Positions 1 through 9,670 of a DNA stretch of 44,089 nt are shown here, piece after piece. Both the position numbers and the translations under genes were made by a program. The stretch comes from Promethearchaeota archaeon (lineage in GTDB: Archaea > Asgardarchaeota > Lokiarchaeia > Sigyniarchaeales > SOKP01). The DNA is taken from contig JAUVNS010000025.1 of NCBI GenBank assembly GCA_030599585.1, forward strand, positions 1 to 44,089. The letters run 5' to 3'. Every line of letters begins with the position of its first letter. The stretch's first letter is position 1. The notes under the pieces are model-generated. The model saw nothing but the letters and a program-made list of their open reading frames with translations. It was not told the origin of the DNA and did not search any database.

Positions 1-2070
1 AAATAGTTAATGCATTAATTCCTTGAGCTAGATCGTTAGTATCTAAAGTGAAATTAAATTGCGATGCACTTTCAGAAAAATTCCCATAACCAAGTAAATC
101 AACGCTAGCTCCTGTAAGATGGGTATCCGTTGCGATGTCACGGTATAAGATCGTAATATTCAATAATTCATCAAATTGAGTGTCAATGGAACCAAGATCG
201 AATATCTCGATTTCTTCAACGAATAATCGTATGTAAGTGGTTCTTTCTTCAACATTAATAAAGAACTGAATCGTTTTGGATTGGTAATTATCTTTTAGCG
301 ATAAAATAGTTAATGCATTAATTCCTTGAGCTAGATCGTTAGTATCTAAAGTGAAATTAAATTGCGATGCACTTTCAGAAAAATTCCCATAACCAAGTAA
401 ATCAACGCTAGCTCCTGTAAGATGGGCATCCGTTGCTATGTCACGGTATAAAATAGTGATATTTAATAATTCTCCAAATTGGGAATCGAATGTATCACTA
501 TCAAAAATTTCTAAATCATCAATAAATAATCTTATATAAGTATCTCTCTCATGAATACTAATGACAAATTGAATAGTTTGAGATTGATAATTATCCTTAG
601 TACACAAAATCGTCAAAACATTTATTCCTTGACTTAAGTCGTTTGTACTTAAGGTAAAATTGTATTGATTAAACAATTCATCTAACATTCCCATTCCTAA
701 TAAATTGACTGTGGCAGTAGTTATATGTTGCTTAGTAACATTGTCTCTGTAAAGAATTGTAATGTTAAGTGATTCACCATACTGAGAATTAAAAGTTTCT
801 GCGTCATATTTTTGAGAACTATTTATAAATAGTAATAGTTCTGTTTCACGATCATATATATCTAAGAGTATTTGGAAAGTCTGATCCTGATATCCATTTA
901 ATTGAGCAAATATAGTTAAAATATTCAGCCCGTTTTCGAAATTATCTGCATTAGTAGTAAAATTAAATTGCGTTCCTATTTCGTTAAAACTTCCAATACC
1001 AATTAAATCGACACTAGCTCCAGTTAAATGAGCATCGGTCACATTATCTTGATATAAAACAGTTATATTCAAAAGCTCGCCAAATTGGGTGTTTATTGTG
1101 TCACTATCGTTTTTTTCGCTACCTTCTACGAATACTTTTATATATGTAGTTCTTACTTGAATATTCACGAAAAGTTTTATAGCCTGGTATTGATAATTAT
1201 CTTTTTGAGCAAAAATTGTTAAAATATTTACTCCTTGAGTCAAATTATTAGTATCTAAAATGAAATAATAATGATTAGATGTTTCATTTAAATCTCCAAA
1301 TCCTAATAAGCTTACTGAAGCGTTGCTGATTAATTGATTTGTGAGATTATCTCTATAATAAATGGTTAAATTAAGGAATTCATTAAATTGAGAATTAATA
1401 GAATCACTATCATACTTTCGTTCGGATTCTACAAATAACGATATATTGGATGCTCTTTCTACGACGTTTATATAAAATTTAATACTATTAGATTGAAAAT
1501 CATCTTTTTGAGCGAAAATGGTTAAAACATTAACTCCTTCAATTAAACTATTAGTATCTAAAGTAAAATTATACTGAGAAAGAGTTTCATTTAAATCTCC
1601 AAATCCTAACAAGCTAACTGACGCATCAGATATGTAAGCACTAGTTAAATTGTCTTCATAAAAAATTGTTATATTTAAAAGTTCGTTAAATTTGGTATTA
1701 ATAGTATCTTTATTGCTTTTTTGAATTTCATCTATAAAAAGGTGTAGTTCAGTTTCTCTTTCAATAACCTCAACGAAAATTTGAATAGATTCAGTCTCGT
1801 AATTATTTTTCTGCAAAGTGACAGTTAATATGCTAACTCCAAGACCTAAATCTGTTGAGTTTACGGTGATATTATAATGTTCTAAAGTAAGAGATTCATT
1901 TAGATATCCAGAAACTTTTCCTTCTAGTGTTGCGCTATCAGCGCTAATGTGATTTCCACTTACATTTTCTTTGTAGGTAACAGTAATGTTTAACATATCA
2001 TTAATAGGAATTTGAATTACCGGATCAAGAGTTTTATCTTCTCCATCTAAAAATAATTCTAAATCCATGC
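1..2070 (-). repeat. About 7 tandem ~303-bp coding repeats (ER.T.I.LF...QF.ELLNITI.Y.D...HLTGASV.LLG.G...QFNFTL.TN.L..G.N.LTI..K.NYQ)
   Basis: The motif recurs every ~303 bp. Positions 1-123 are identical to 304-426. Confidence 0.85.
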
Positions 2071-3430
2071 CAAAATCTGGAAATGTCTCAATATATGTAA
2101 TATTAAGGTATACATCATCTATAGAAATTGAATATACTTGGTCTAACTCAAAGGTATCCTTGAGAAATACTTCAATAGACACTGTGATATTCACACCTGT
2201 AGATATTAAACTTGTTACATCGAATCCATCTACTTTTGCATCTTGCCACGAAGTGGTGAAGTTTGTTAATTTTATAATCCCTTCATCGTACGACTTATCA
2301 TTTAAATATAATTTCATCTCTGATAGAGGTGCATATATAGGCCAAGTATTATTTACTTTATATTTAAAGAAGAATCTTGCATCTGTAACTTGAACGCTTG
2401 CGCTATCAAGAGTATTTCCTACTTGATTCCAGGATAGTTTGGTAGATTGGTCAATTTTTTTTTCATAAGTAAATGTAAGATTACATGCCTTAATCATTAA
2501 TGAATCCCAATCGTCATGATCTCCGGAATTATCATTATCCTCACTGTAAATATCTATACCCAAAGTAATTGTAAAATTGGAATGATCTAGATCTTTATCT
2601 AAAGCTGAGTTTAAAGCAGTAATAATATCCTCTTCACTAAAAACATACATGGAGCTGTCTGTGATATTTAATATTGAAGAAAGGCCATTTCCATATTGTC
2701 CTAAATATTTTGTTCTATTATACGCAACTGTATATGAATAATCATTATTAAGATCTGAAATTAAAACATAAAACGTCGCAAAATCACCAATAGCGTAAAG
2801 ATCTTCATCATTTTCACCAGTGTAATTATCATTTGGAGTGTCGATATTGGAGTCAACACTAGCATTAAAAATAACTTCCAAAGATGCTGATTTAATAACA
2901 TAATCTGAAATATCCACCCCTAGACTTACATTTTTTTTAAACTGAATACTTGGGTAATTATAAATTTGGCTATCACCTCCAGCAGTTTCATCCCAGTGAT
3001 GAGCAACAAAACAACCACTATCATTAATTAACGCTATATGGGGAGGTAAAAACCCACTATTATTAAACATGCCCCATCCCTGAGATGTAGATGAATTTAC
3101 TACCCCGGAAATTCCAGAATATGTTCTAGTTTCACCTAATACTTCAAAGTTTGCTTGACCAGTACTTGTGGTAGCGTCCATATCTGAATTATCTCCCTCA
3201 GTTCCGTTTTCCCAATACCAAGTCGGTTCGATTGGAGACTCAAATGTAGGGTTTTTTATCCATTGTTGCGTTACCGATCTTTGAGCGGAAGTCTTGACAA
3301 AATCAGTATCTCTATTTTGTTCGTAAGAGATATCAAAATTATTTTGAATAAAAGGAAAAGTTAAAGAAATACTAAGCAAAATTAAAAATCCGATTGTTTT
3401 ACATTGTCGTTTTCTTTCTGTCAAACTCAC
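1..3430 (-). CDS. Large secreted/cell-surface protein with tandem ~101-aa Ig-like beta-sandwich repeats (3' end outside window)
   Basis: GTG at 3430 begins VSLTERKRQCKTIGFLILLSISLTFPFIQ (basic + hydrophobic signal-like). The same frame reads ...FNFTLDTNDLAQGINALTI at position 2. Absent from the ORF track because no stop lies in the window. Many N-x-S/T sequons. Confidence 0.85.
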   Translation of the reverse strand, partial: MSLTERKRQCKTIGFLILLSISLTFPFIQNNFDISYEQNRDTDFVKTSAQRSVTQQWIKNPTFESPIEPTWYWENGTEGDNSDMDATTSTGQANFEVLGETRTYSGISGVVNSSTSQGWGMFNNSGFLPPHIALINDSGCFVAHHWDETAGGDSQIYNYPSIQFKKNVSLGVDISDYVIKSASLEVIFNASVDSNIDTPNDNYTGENDEDLYAIGDFATFYVLISDLNNDYSYTVAYNRTKYLGQYGNGLSSILNITDSSMYVFSEEDIITALNSALDKDLDHSNFTITLGIDIYSEDNDNSGDHDDWDSLMIKACNLTFTYEKKIDQSTKLSWNQVGNTLDSASVQVTDARFFFKYKVNNTWPIYAPLSEMKLYLNDKSYDEGIIKLTNFTTSWQDAKVDGFDVTSLISTGVNITVSIEVFLKDTFELDQVYSISIDDVYLNITYIETFPDFGMDLELFLDGEDKTLDPVIQIPINDMLNITVTYKENVSGNHISADSATLEGKVSGYLNESLTLEHYNITVNSTDLGLGVSILTVTLQKNNYETESIQIFVEVIERETELHLFIDEIQKSNKDTINTKFNELLNITIFYEDNLTSAYISDASVSLLGFGDLNETLSQYNFTLDTNSLIEGVNVLTIFAQKDDFQSNSIKFYINVVERASNISLFVESERKYDSDSINSQFNEFLNLTIYYRDNLTNQLISNASVSLLGFGDLNETSNHYYFILDTNNLTQGVNILTIFAQKDNYQYQAIKLFVNIQVRTTYIKVFVEGSEKNDSDTINTQFGELLNITVLYQDNVTDAHLTGASVDLIGIGSFNEIGTQFNFTTNADNFENGLNILTIFAQLNGYQDQTFQILLDIYDRETELLLFINSSQKYDAETFNSQYGESLNITILYRDNVTKQHITTATVNLLGMGMLDELFNQYNFTLSTNDLSQGINVLTILCTKDNYQSQTIQFVISIHERDTYIRLFIDDLEIFDSDTFDSQFGELLNITILYRDIATDAHLTGASVDLLGYGNFSESASQFNFTLDTNDLAQGINALTILSLKDNYQSKTIQFFINVEERTTYIRLFVEEIEIFDLGSIDTQFDELLNITILYRDIATDTHLTGASVDLLGYGNFSESASQFNFTLDTNDLAQGINALTI

Positions 3431-3720
3431 TCACTTATCTATACGATTTTTATTATCAATTCCTATACAAAAATGTAAAAATAATGAAACATTAACACAT
3501 AATCTAAGAATTCAATACATGAAATTACTTTATATTTTTTAATTACTCTAATTACCAATCCTAATACCTAAATGCCTAAATGCGTATAATTCATACGCAA
3601 ATATACAATATGTGTAACACTCCACTTTTTTAAATATTCATTTCATTTTTTATAATAAACCTAATAACAAGAAATTTAAAATAATGAAATATTGAAGTGA
3701 TATTTCTCGATTAATTTTAT

Positions 3721-4239
3721 TTAAAGTGAATTTTTCACAAATCCACCATCCACTTGAATTACAGTTCCAGTAATGTAACTAGCTTTATCAGAAGCTAAAA
3801 AAACTACGAGATTTGCTAACTCTTGAGGACGACCTAGTCTCCCTAAAGGAATAATGTCTATCCAATTTTTCATTATTTCCTCTCTTGATTTACCTAAATC
3901 ATTCATTTGAGTTTTTATTAGTTCTTCCATTCGATTGGTTAATGTTGGCCCAGGACAGACAACATTAATTAAGATATTATCTTTTGCGTATTCGTTCGAT
4001 AATGTTTTTGCGAAACCAACAACTCCAAGGCGAGTTGTATTAGACAAGATCAGATTATTTAGAGGCTGTTTAACCGATACTGAAGTTATAGCGATAATCC
4101 TACCAAACTCTTGTTTTTTCATTATTCGTAATACTAGTTTAGAAATAAGAATGAATGAAACCAAGTTTAATTTTATAGATTTTTCCCAATCATCTCTGCT
4201 AATTTCACTAAATGGCGCTGATGGTGGACCACCTGCGTT
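3721..4239 (-). pseudogene. 5'-truncated short-chain dehydrogenase/reductase (FabG-like SDR, atypical S-x3-R active-site subgroup)
   Basis: The frame extends upstream of the track start to NAGGPP...F....DW...LN. C-terminal motifs INVVCPG, IPLGRLGRPQE and ASYITG...VDGG are present. An in-frame TGA (4240-4242) precedes NAGG and no TGxxxGxG Rossmann N-terminus is found upstream. Confidence 0.7.
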
Positions 4240-4278
4240 TCAACCATACTTATATATTAGCGTTGATGATTAAAAATT

Positions 4279-4446
4279 TTAATTATGAGGATTTAGTTTT
4301 AAGTACATATTACACTTCAGAAAGAATTCAGTACACCTTGGACAGCTTTCAGCGTGTATGCAAATGCTAGAAAAGTCGCATAAAATCTCGACTTTTTCGA
4401 ATTTTATCGCAACCCTGTGTAATCTCTTTTCAATTTCGTCTCTCAT
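4279..4446 (-). CDS. Small Cys-rich hypothetical protein (55 aa), possibly metal-binding
   Basis: ATG at 4446 gives MRDEIEKRL...CDFSSICIHAESCPRCTEFFLKC with five Cys. The track uses a longer TTG start. Confidence 0.5.
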   Translation of the reverse strand: MRDEIEKRLHRVAIKFEKVEILCDFSSICIHAESCPRCTEFFLKCNMYLKLNPHN

Positions 4447-4596
4447 TAAAAATCTCGATCCTGTAAATCGTCCTTTCAATTTAAACCAAATATGAATTAA
4501 ATCGTACAAAAATCAAAATTGAACAAAAAATTTTTTAATTTCTGGACGCATAATATGAACTTCCTATATGTTTCTTTTTTTAAATAAATATCAAAA

Positions 4597-4887
4597 TTAA
4601 TCAAGAATGAAATGTGGCTTTGGAATATTTTTGAAATAATTCCTTTTAAAAAGCAAGTCTATTTCTGATATCAACCAGCATATTACATCATAAGGGGGGG
4701 AAGTTTGATATATGTTAGTTGCTCGTTGCTTAATGTAATTCTGATCTACTTTTTGGAAGTTATTTTGTAGATAGAGCTGCCTTTCCGCTAGCATCCAGCA
4801 TAATCTATCAAAATCTATTTCTTTTTCGGTAAGAAAATAGGCTGCGACACTAATATCATGCTTAACATCATTATTATAATCGAACAT
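4597..4887 (-). CDS. Small helical hypothetical protein with two internal repeats resembling DUF2934
   Basis: DISVAAYFLTE...FDRLCWMLAERQL and YIKQRATNIYQ...YDVICWLISEIDL. Confidence 0.65.
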   Translation of the reverse strand: MFDYNNDVKHDISVAAYFLTEKEIDFDRLCWMLAERQLYLQNNFQKVDQNYIKQRATNIYQTSPPYDVICWLISEIDLLFKRNYFKNIPKPHFILD

Positions 4888-5004
4888 TAATCTTCAAAGC
4901 TATTATAGATACTTTTAGTAAAAAATATGATTATTAAAAATTAAGAGTAGAATTTATCCTAAAAGATAATAAGAAGAACTTTATAAAAATAGATAAGGGT
5001 GTGC

Positions 5005-5460
5005 TTAATCGGGTGTCAATTCGTCCAGATCGCTTAAATCAAGCCCAGAATCTAAAGTTTCAGGGATATCTGATAAGAATTCGTCGAGTATTTCTTTCAA
5101 TTCGTCTCCAGATCTTTTTAATATTAATCTTATTAACCCAATATTAATGTCAGGATCAGAAATTAATGTAAGTACGCCTTTTGGTCCGCAGCTCGACGCA
5201 AATATCTTACCGCCTGTAAATTCGCTCGTTACTATTTCTAAATCGCCCAGTTCTAGATTTTTACCTTGTTCTTCACTGGCACAAAAAACTGCTGATGCTA
5301 TTGCTCCAATACCGTCAACATCGGCTGGGAAATAGGAAAATTTAGAGACGCTCGCTATAGTGAGTCCTGTTCTGTCAACTAATATTACTTTTTTAATACC
5401 GCTCTCGGATTTTATTATTTTTGAAAGAATATTATCGAAACTTTTTGTGTCAATTGACAA
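5005..5460 (-). CDS. Roadblock/LC7 (MglB-like) domain protein
   Basis: VILVDRTGLTIAS, GAIASAVFCASEEQGKNLELGDL, INIGLIRL match the roadblock pattern; acidic C-terminal tail. Confidence 0.9.
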   Translation of the reverse strand: MSIDTKSFDNILSKIIKSESGIKKVILVDRTGLTIASVSKFSYFPADVDGIGAIASAVFCASEEQGKNLELGDLEIVTSEFTGGKIFASSCGPKGVLTLISDPDINIGLIRLILKRSGDELKEILDEFLSDIPETLDSGLDLSDLDELTPD

Positions 5461-5647
5461 TTCTTACACCACTCTTAAATTACTAACCTTTAGTATATTA
5501 TTAGATTACAGATTTAAAATTGTTATTATTAATAAAAAAGTATATGTATATAAAAATATGTTTTTACTAGTCATTTTCAATTAAGACGAGGGAAAACTAG
5601 GAAAACTTCAAAACAAAATTCTGCTTAAAAAATGAATCTACAGATTT

Positions 5648-6874
5648 TTAGAGCAGACTTTTCTCTTTTACAATTTTTCTGTAATGATCTCTTTCTCTTC
5701 GAAGAATTTTAATTTCTTTTTTAAAATCTAAAATTTGATCTTTGATGGTTTCTTTTTCATTGTCTTTTGTTTTACTCTCACTTTTTAGATTTTTCATATC
5801 CAGTTTAAGAGTTGTTATAGAATCGATGTAAACTGAATTTTGGTCCTTCAATTTATCAATTTCACTTAACAATCTTTTTTGCGTATTTTCAGATTTTTCA
5901 AGTTCAGAGTTCAAATTTATATTTATATTTCTCATATCCTCTTTTTCTTGAAGGACTTTCTCGGCTTCCACTTCAAGTTCTTCTGCTCCTGTCAGCTTAT
6001 TTGAAATCACTTCAATGCGTTTCTCCTTTTCTTTTATAAATTCATCTCTTTCAAATATTTTTTGGTTTAAAATCTTCAAGTCATCTATCAATTTAGCATT
6101 GTTTTGATTCAGATCTGCCATCTGTTGGCTCCATTTCTCCAATTTTATGTATTGTTCACTTATTTCGTCCTTGAGTGACTGAATCTCCTCTTCGTATGTA
6201 GTATTTTCAGATACTACTTCTGTGTATTTTCTAGTTAATTCTCGGATTTTACTTTTCTTTTCTTCTAAAAGGTCTTCAAGTTCGCTGTTTTTGTTCTTAA
6301 TTTCATCAAAATCATTGCCCATTAGTAGATTTTCTTTCTCCTCTCCTTGAATTCTCGTTTCACTCTTATCTATCGGCTCATTCACACTTTTAACTTGTTT
6401 TTTTCCTACTGTTTTATTTGTTTCCACCAAACTTGTTTCTCCTTCAATAATCTCTTCCCAGTAAGTAGACAATTCGTCTTTTTTAAGCATATCATAATAT
6501 TGTCCTAAGATATCATCAAAATTGAGAGCTTCTCTCTTAGGTAACAGTTCATAAGATATTCTTCTCAACCTTCCTTCTAATTCTGTGTTACTAACATCTT
6601 CTTGAGATAGGAAAATGCAAATAGCAAAATTCGGTTTTCCTACATAGTGCCTAAATGAAAATCCAGAATAAAAGCTCGCAACAATTACATCATTATCGAG
6701 TAAAACTTCAGCAAAATGGGGCTCCATCTTCTTATCCATGTGAGCACTGACTAATCGCTTTAAAACCTCAGATGTAATTCCTAAGAACTCGCAAATATTA
6801 CTTGGAAATTGTGTTTCAATGTGGACTTCAGATTTCTCGTTAAATCCTAACACAATTATACCCTTCAATCTCAC
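5648..6874 (-). CDS. N-terminal longin/uDENN-like domain plus long coiled coil
   Basis: N-terminus GIIVLGFNE...IETQFP...VASFYSGF...FAICIFL resembles a longin fold. The C-terminal ~220 aa are E/K/L-rich heptads. Confidence 0.6.
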   Translation of the reverse strand: MRLKGIIVLGFNEKSEVHIETQFPSNICEFLGITSEVLKRLVSAHMDKKMEPHFAEVLLDNDVIVASFYSGFSFRHYVGKPNFAICIFLSQEDVSNTELEGRLRRISYELLPKREALNFDDILGQYYDMLKKDELSTYWEEIIEGETSLVETNKTVGKKQVKSVNEPIDKSETRIQGEEKENLLMGNDFDEIKNKNSELEDLLEEKKSKIRELTRKYTEVVSENTTYEEEIQSLKDEISEQYIKLEKWSQQMADLNQNNAKLIDDLKILNQKIFERDEFIKEKEKRIEVISNKLTGAEELEVEAEKVLQEKEDMRNININLNSELEKSENTQKRLLSEIDKLKDQNSVYIDSITTLKLDMKNLKSESKTKDNEKETIKDQILDFKKEIKILRRERDHYRKIVKEKSLL

Positions 6875-7250
6875 TCAACGCAATTGATTAAATTTTACAA
6901 TCTTATCACTAATAAAGTAGCAACATTTATGTATATTTCAATCGATATTAACCAATACTGTCTTTCGAGATCTATCCCAAAATATAAGGATATGATCTTG
7001 CACTGGTAGGATGCCATTAAGAAGGTTAAAAATTAGATTTCCAAAAAAGTTTTAATTTAGTCATCTATGCTAAAAGAGTTTAAATCTCTAATATTCAAAT
7101 AAACACTCCAAAAATTAAATTTTATTTTCAAACAACACATTTATTTAATATTTTAGATAAGTACACATTAGGTATAGTAAAAAAATATGGTAAAAAGAAA
7201 TTATTTACACTTTAATATCTAGAATTACTTATTTTGCTGTTGTTTAATAG

Positions 7251-8000
7251 GTGAATATTATTTCAAAAAATGAGAAAGAAAAAAAGGATTATTATTCGGG
7301 AAAGAAAAGAATTTCTGTGTATATTTCAGATGAAGTGGAAAAAGAATGGCACGATTTTATAAAAAAAAATAAGATATCATCAATTTCTAAATTAATTAGA
7401 GAAGGTATTAATTATTATATCGAAGAAAAATCGAGCCTGATGAGCCAAGATTTATCTGTTTTTACTCATTCGTTAAAAGAAAGATTTACAATAATTAAGG
7501 GAAATCTACAATTAATCCTTGAAACACATCAAAAGGATCTCAATAAAGATGTTTTATCAATTATAAATCATCTATTAGGAGAAATTAAACAATTCGAAGA
7601 GAGATTTATCTTCAGATTAGAAAGACATGATGAAACCCCTTCTGATTATGATATTTTATTAATTGAAGATGATTTGTCTACAATTGAATTAGTAACTAAT
7701 TTTTTTGAAGCAAAAGGGCATACTAGCAAAGGCGTCATAACGGGTGCGAAAGGATTGGAAGAGTTGAACTTCAATACTCCAAAATTAATTTTGCTGGATA
7801 TAATTTTACCTGATGTTAGCGGGTTTAAGATCTGTAAGAAAATAAAATCTAATGAAAAATTCAATAATATACCTATCATATATTTAACAGCAGTCCCAGG
7901 GAATCAAGTAAATAAAAAAATGGAAGAAACTAAAGCTGATGGCTACATCTTAAAACCCTTTGACCTTGCTGACTTTGATTTTGTGTTTCAATATTTATAG
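7251..8000 (+). CDS. Response regulator: ribbon-helix-helix-like N-terminus, HisKA/DHp-like segment, receiver domain
   Basis: KKRISVYIS...SISKLIREGI; FTHSLKERFTIIKG; REC motifs LLIEDD, LLDIILPDVSG, LTA, YILKPF. Confidence 0.85.
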   Translation: MNIISKNEKEKKDYYSGKKRISVYISDEVEKEWHDFIKKNKISSISKLIREGINYYIEEKSSLMSQDLSVFTHSLKERFTIIKGNLQLILETHQKDLNKDVLSIINHLLGEIKQFEERFIFRLERHDETPSDYDILLIEDDLSTIELVTNFFEAKGHTSKGVITGAKGLEELNFNTPKLILLDIILPDVSGFKICKKIKSNEKFNNIPIIYLTAVPGNQVNKKMEETKADGYILKPFDLADFDFVFQYL

Positions 8001-8090
8001 AATTTCCTTGGTAATTTTATTTCATTTTGTTATCGGGATGCTAAAATGAAAGTCGAATTTCTCCCCTCTGATTTTAATACTTTCACCATT

Positions 8091-9644
8091 TTAGAATATT
8101 TGATTTAGGCTGCTAATGGCCTGCTTTTCTTCCAGAGCTAAGTAATTTTTTTTTAATAAAGAAGTATAAAATTTACGACCCTTAGGGCTAAAATACTTGT
8201 ATCCAAATTTATCCCATGTTGCTTCTCTATTTAATGGGGCGATTAGTGTCAATTGGTTTTTTAGAATTGTCGTAAATAAGATTGGAAATTCTTCGGAACT
8301 CGAGCGTTTTAAGATGTTTAACAAAACATCTTCACTAATTTCATTCCAAGAATCTTTGAATTGTAAGCAGAAACGCCTAATATCAATTTTATTATTAACT
8401 AGTAATTCAGCTAATGCTTTAATCGCTACCTCATAAGGATTTACTTCTTGATTTGAAGCGTTAGATAGAAGTACGCTTGGTAAAAGAGGACCAGAATTTT
8501 TTTTTTGGGGTAGGGAATATTCAGGTAAAAGTTTGAGCTGATTTAAGCCCATTATATTTCTGACGTCACTAATAGTTCCCCCAGTATCGAAAAATCGTTT
8601 ATTTAAAATATATCTTATAAGCTTTTGAGCATGTATATCTCCAAAATAGGGGTAGTCTGAGGCATAAAGGAGATACTCTGACCAATCTCGATTATCCACT
8701 CTTATCTTATTGTTAGACTTGAACCATTTTCGGAAATCCTCAAAAAAGTTCCCAGCTCCCTCACCATGAAGCATAGATAAGTCGCCATAGGTATTGGGTT
8801 GAACTAAAGCGTTATAAACTTCATAATCACCTATATTCCCTTGAGCGAAATGAGCAATAATTACTTTAAAGTGAGGTAATAAGGCAGGATTTTGTTGACT
8901 AATAACTGAACGCGTTGATTTAATTAATTCCGCGATATCTAGTATAGATCCTCTCCCCCGAGTGTCAAAAATCACGGGTAGGGAATGCTTAGCAGCCTCA
9001 ACTAAAACTTTTAAAGGTTTTCCTGATTTTATATCGTCAATCCATCTTTCAGAGCGAGGGTGTAGTTTTAATCCTCGGAGCCCTAGTTCTTGCCGAGCGT
9101 AGCATACTTCGTTTACTGCTTTTTCCCCTTCCATTGGATCGCAACGTGCATACCCAATCAATTTCATGGAAAAAGGAAAGCGAGTAGTAAATCGCGAAAC
9201 ATTAATATTACTGGCTCGGTATCGCGCTTCTGGATGCTTATCCCTAAAAACATCCTGAAACGGGAAAACTACACCTTGGTCGATAAAAGAATAAAATTTC
9301 GATTTTGCTTTTAAATCAGAATGTTTTTTCCCCAACGATTCTAAAGCAATATAAAGGTTGTCTGTAAAGGGATAAAGATTGAACTTCCAACTAATCTTTG
9401 TATGCTTACCATCTAGATTTGTTGAAAACGATTGTTCTCCTGTAGTAGCCCAATCAGTTTTTATTCTCCCTTGGACATTGCCCCAAAAGTCGAATGTTCC
9501 TGTTCCCGGCGCTAAGGGGTTCATCATGGTTGCTCCATCGACATCTTCTCCTAAATGTGAATGAGAATCGATTACAAATATATTTTCCGTTCGAATTTTT
9601 CCTTGTTGTTCAATAATCGCAGTAAGCATAATTTTCCATTTCAA
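8091..9644 (-). CDS. Metal-dependent amidohydrolase (TIM-barrel, amidohydro_2-like); likely start ATG 9629
   Basis: IDSHSHLG, GLRGLKLHP, IIAHF, LLYASDYP. Confidence 0.85.
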   Translation of the reverse strand: MKWKIMLTAIIEQQGKIRTENIFVIDSHSHLGEDVDGATMMNPLAPGTGTFDFWGNVQGRIKTDWATTGEQSFSTNLDGKHTKISWKFNLYPFTDNLYIALESLGKKHSDLKAKSKFYSFIDQGVVFPFQDVFRDKHPEARYRASNINVSRFTTRFPFSMKLIGYARCDPMEGEKAVNEVCYARQELGLRGLKLHPRSERWIDDIKSGKPLKVLVEAAKHSLPVIFDTRGRGSILDIAELIKSTRSVISQQNPALLPHFKVIIAHFAQGNIGDYEVYNALVQPNTYGDLSMLHGEGAGNFFEDFRKWFKSNNKIRVDNRDWSEYLLYASDYPYFGDIHAQKLIRYILNKRFFDTGGTISDVRNIMGLNQLKLLPEYSLPQKKNSGPLLPSVLLSNASNQEVNPYEVAIKALAELLVNNKIDIRRFCLQFKDSWNEISEDVLLNILKRSSSEEFPILFTTILKNQLTLIAPLNREATWDKFGYKYFSPKGRKFYTSLLKKNYLALEEKQAISSLNQIF

Positions 9645-9670
9645 CTTTTTTTTATTTTTATGATCTATCC

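Noticed and set aside
2067-2393. 108-aa plus-strand ORF
   Set aside because: Antisense shadow of the large minus-strand surface protein.
4240-4242. Selenocysteine at the TGA before the SDR fragment
   Set aside because: The upstream frame (SSTLIYKYG) has no SDR similarity or start codon and is closed by TAA at 4270-4272.
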